Assembly: GCA_032718475.1 (NCBI GenBank) | Contig: JAUCBJ010001846.1 | Location: forward strand, 310,001 to 374,000 | Source of the DNA: Nemertoderma westbladi | Lineage: Eukaryota; Animalia; Xenacoelomorpha | Length of the DNA stretch: 64,000 nt | Reading direction: 5' to 3' | Part shown: positions 62,491 to 64,000 of the stretch, one piece after another | How positions within the stretch are numbered: position 1 is the stretch's first letter | How the letters are laid out: each line of letters begins with the position of its first letter | The notes under the pieces: model-generated | Seen by the model: only the letters and a program-made list of their open reading frames with translations | Told to the model about the DNA's origin: nothing | Database searches by the model: none | Program-made: the position numbers and the translations under genes

Positions 62491-64000
62491 TTGAACTCAA
62501 TTTTCTCTCTCGTTCGCTCCATCAGTACATTTAGTTTATTAACCTTTTTTTCTAGAATATTAGGACTTATTCGAGACATTCTTTTTGCCCGTTATTTTGG
62601 CGCTTCTATCTACTTAGATATATTTGTTGTTGCCTTTAAAATCCCTAATTTTTTTCGGCGCATTTTTGCAGAAGGCATTATCTCTCAAGTATTTTTACCG
62701 CATTTTGCTGAACTTCAATCACAATCAACCGGTCAATTACAGCGTTTTGTAGATACCTTGCTTTTTTGGCAAATTGTAATTTTGCTCATATTTTTAGGTA
62801 GCTTCTTTTTATTTTATGATTACCTTGTTTATCTTTTAGCACCAGGTTTTGCAAATGATGGCATGAAAAAATCTCTATTGTTAGGGATGATGTATCTGAC
62901 CATGCCTTACTTATTTTTTACCTCACTCATGGCTTTATTTGGAGCACTACTAAATTTAAAGCGAAATTTTTTTGTGGTGGCAGCCGCCCCCGTTTTTTTA
63001 AATATCAGCTTTTTAATCGCGATCATCTGGGGCCGGGATTATTTTGATGTGCCTGAAAATATATTGGCACATGCCGTCTTTTGGGGTGGGGTTTGTCAAT
63101 TCATATTTATTTTAATACCCCTATATCGAAGCGGCTTTAGGTTGCAACTCATTTATCAACCCATTGGTGTTTTTTTTCGTTCATTCGCTCACCGTTTTTG
63201 GCCAGTGTTGCTTGCTCTTTCAGTAACCCAGCTTAATTTGTTTATTGATATATGGATGGCCTCATTTCTGCCCCCAGGCCGTATTTCTTGGTTATATTAC
63301 GCTGATCGACTATTTCAATTCCCCATTGGAGTGTTTTCCGTGGCACTGTCAACCGTAGTGTTATCGGAAATGTCTTTAAACGTTGGGCATGGTGCTTTGG
63401 ATAAAGCTAAGCAAAACCTATCCTTTGGCCTTGAATTGGGGTTTTTAATTGGTTTACCTGCCGCTGTGGGTTTATTTTTTTTATCAGAGCCAATTATTCA
63501 TGTGCTATTTTTCTCAAAAGGCAGCTTTGTAAAAAATGATGTATTGATGAGCGCTTACGCCTTAAGCGCTTATTCACTGGGGCTACTCCCTTGGATTTTA
63601 TCCAAACTTTTAATTAACGCCCTACATGTTCATCAAAAAGGCAAATGGGTCACAAAAGTTGCCTTATTAGGCTTGTTTACAAACATTATTTTTAATGCGA
63701 TTTTGATGCATTTTTTTGGGCATATTGGGCTTGCTTTGGCCACCAGCCTTTCTGGTATTTTACAAAGCGTGGTGTTTATTAAAATTGCTCTCAAGCATCG
63801 TTTGATGCCACCCTTTAGGTGGGCTGAGGGTTTTAAAATCATCCTATGCACCCTCATCATGTTAGGGATCATTGTCATGTTAAAAAATGTCACACTATCT
63901 GGCACTCAACACCAAATTATTCATTTACTATTTATTTTAATTACCCCTGCCATTTTCATATATATGTTAGGAGGCTATTTGCTGAAAATACAGTTAATTA
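62491..64000 (+). CDS. murJ: lipid II flippase MurJ (partial, runs off the window)
   Basis: Own translation SRILGLIRD...AFKIPNFFRRIFAEG...YYADRLFQFPIG; TTG start inferred. Confidence 0.93.
   Translation, partial: MNSIFSLVRSISTFSLLTFFSRILGLIRDILFARYFGASIYLDIFVVAFKIPNFFRRIFAEGIISQVFLPHFAELQSQSTGQLQRFVDTLLFWQIVILLIFLGSFFLFYDYLVYLLAPGFANDGMKKSLLLGMMYLTMPYLFFTSLMALFGALLNLKRNFFVVAAAPVFLNISFLIAIIWGRDYFDVPENILAHAVFWGGVCQFIFILIPLYRSGFRLQLIYQPIGVFFRSFAHRFWPVLLALSVTQLNLFIDIWMASFLPPGRISWLYYADRLFQFPIGVFSVALSTVVLSEMSLNVGHGALDKAKQNLSFGLELGFLIGLPAAVGLFFLSEPIIHVLFFSKGSFVKNDVLMSAYALSAYSLGLLPWILSKLLINALHVHQKGKWVTKVALLGLFTNIIFNAILMHFFGHIGLALATSLSGILQSVVFIKIALKHRLMPPFRWAEGFKIILCTLIMLGIIVMLKNVTLSGTQHQIIHLLFILITPAIFIYMLGGYLLKIQLI

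Noticed and set aside
63633-63905. 90-aa minus-strand ORF
   Set aside because: Antisense shadow of murJ.
1-64000. CRISPR array, IS elements, toxin-antitoxin or anti-phage defence genes
   Set aside because: No regularly spaced repeats, transposase or defence-domain motifs were seen by eye.

Overview
AT-rich gammaproteobacterial chromosome segment with quite divergent core proteins; a host-associated or reduced lineage is plausible but inferred. It runs: 3' end of an rRNA operon (23S, 5S); spoT, icd, a Sel1 protein and a porin; mnmA-aroQ-accB-accC; an accessory signalling block (11.1-17.7 kb) next to tRNA-Leu; gcvTHP; ispE-tRNA-Gln-prs-rplY-pth-ychF; an RNase T2-AphA fusion; rpmB-rpmG; the full tufB-secE-nusG-rpl-rpoBC-str-S10-spc-alpha supercluster; and a partial murJ. 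Best novelty candidates: (1) a module combining a putative LuxI/FeeM-like GNAT synthase, a FeeG-like VAO/PCMH flavoenzyme, a 7TM-DISM sensor kinase and a phosphorelay, possibly a new small-molecule signalling system; (2) a secreted or anchored RNase T2 plus class B acid phosphatase fusion; (3) several compensated substitutions in the 23S peptidyl-transferase centre, together with S12 P90S; (4) two apparently identical tuf copies whose codon bias flips within the gene. Four accessory pseudogenes and a decayed attC-like 59-bp element were also found. Family assignments come from recognised motifs; no database searches were run.
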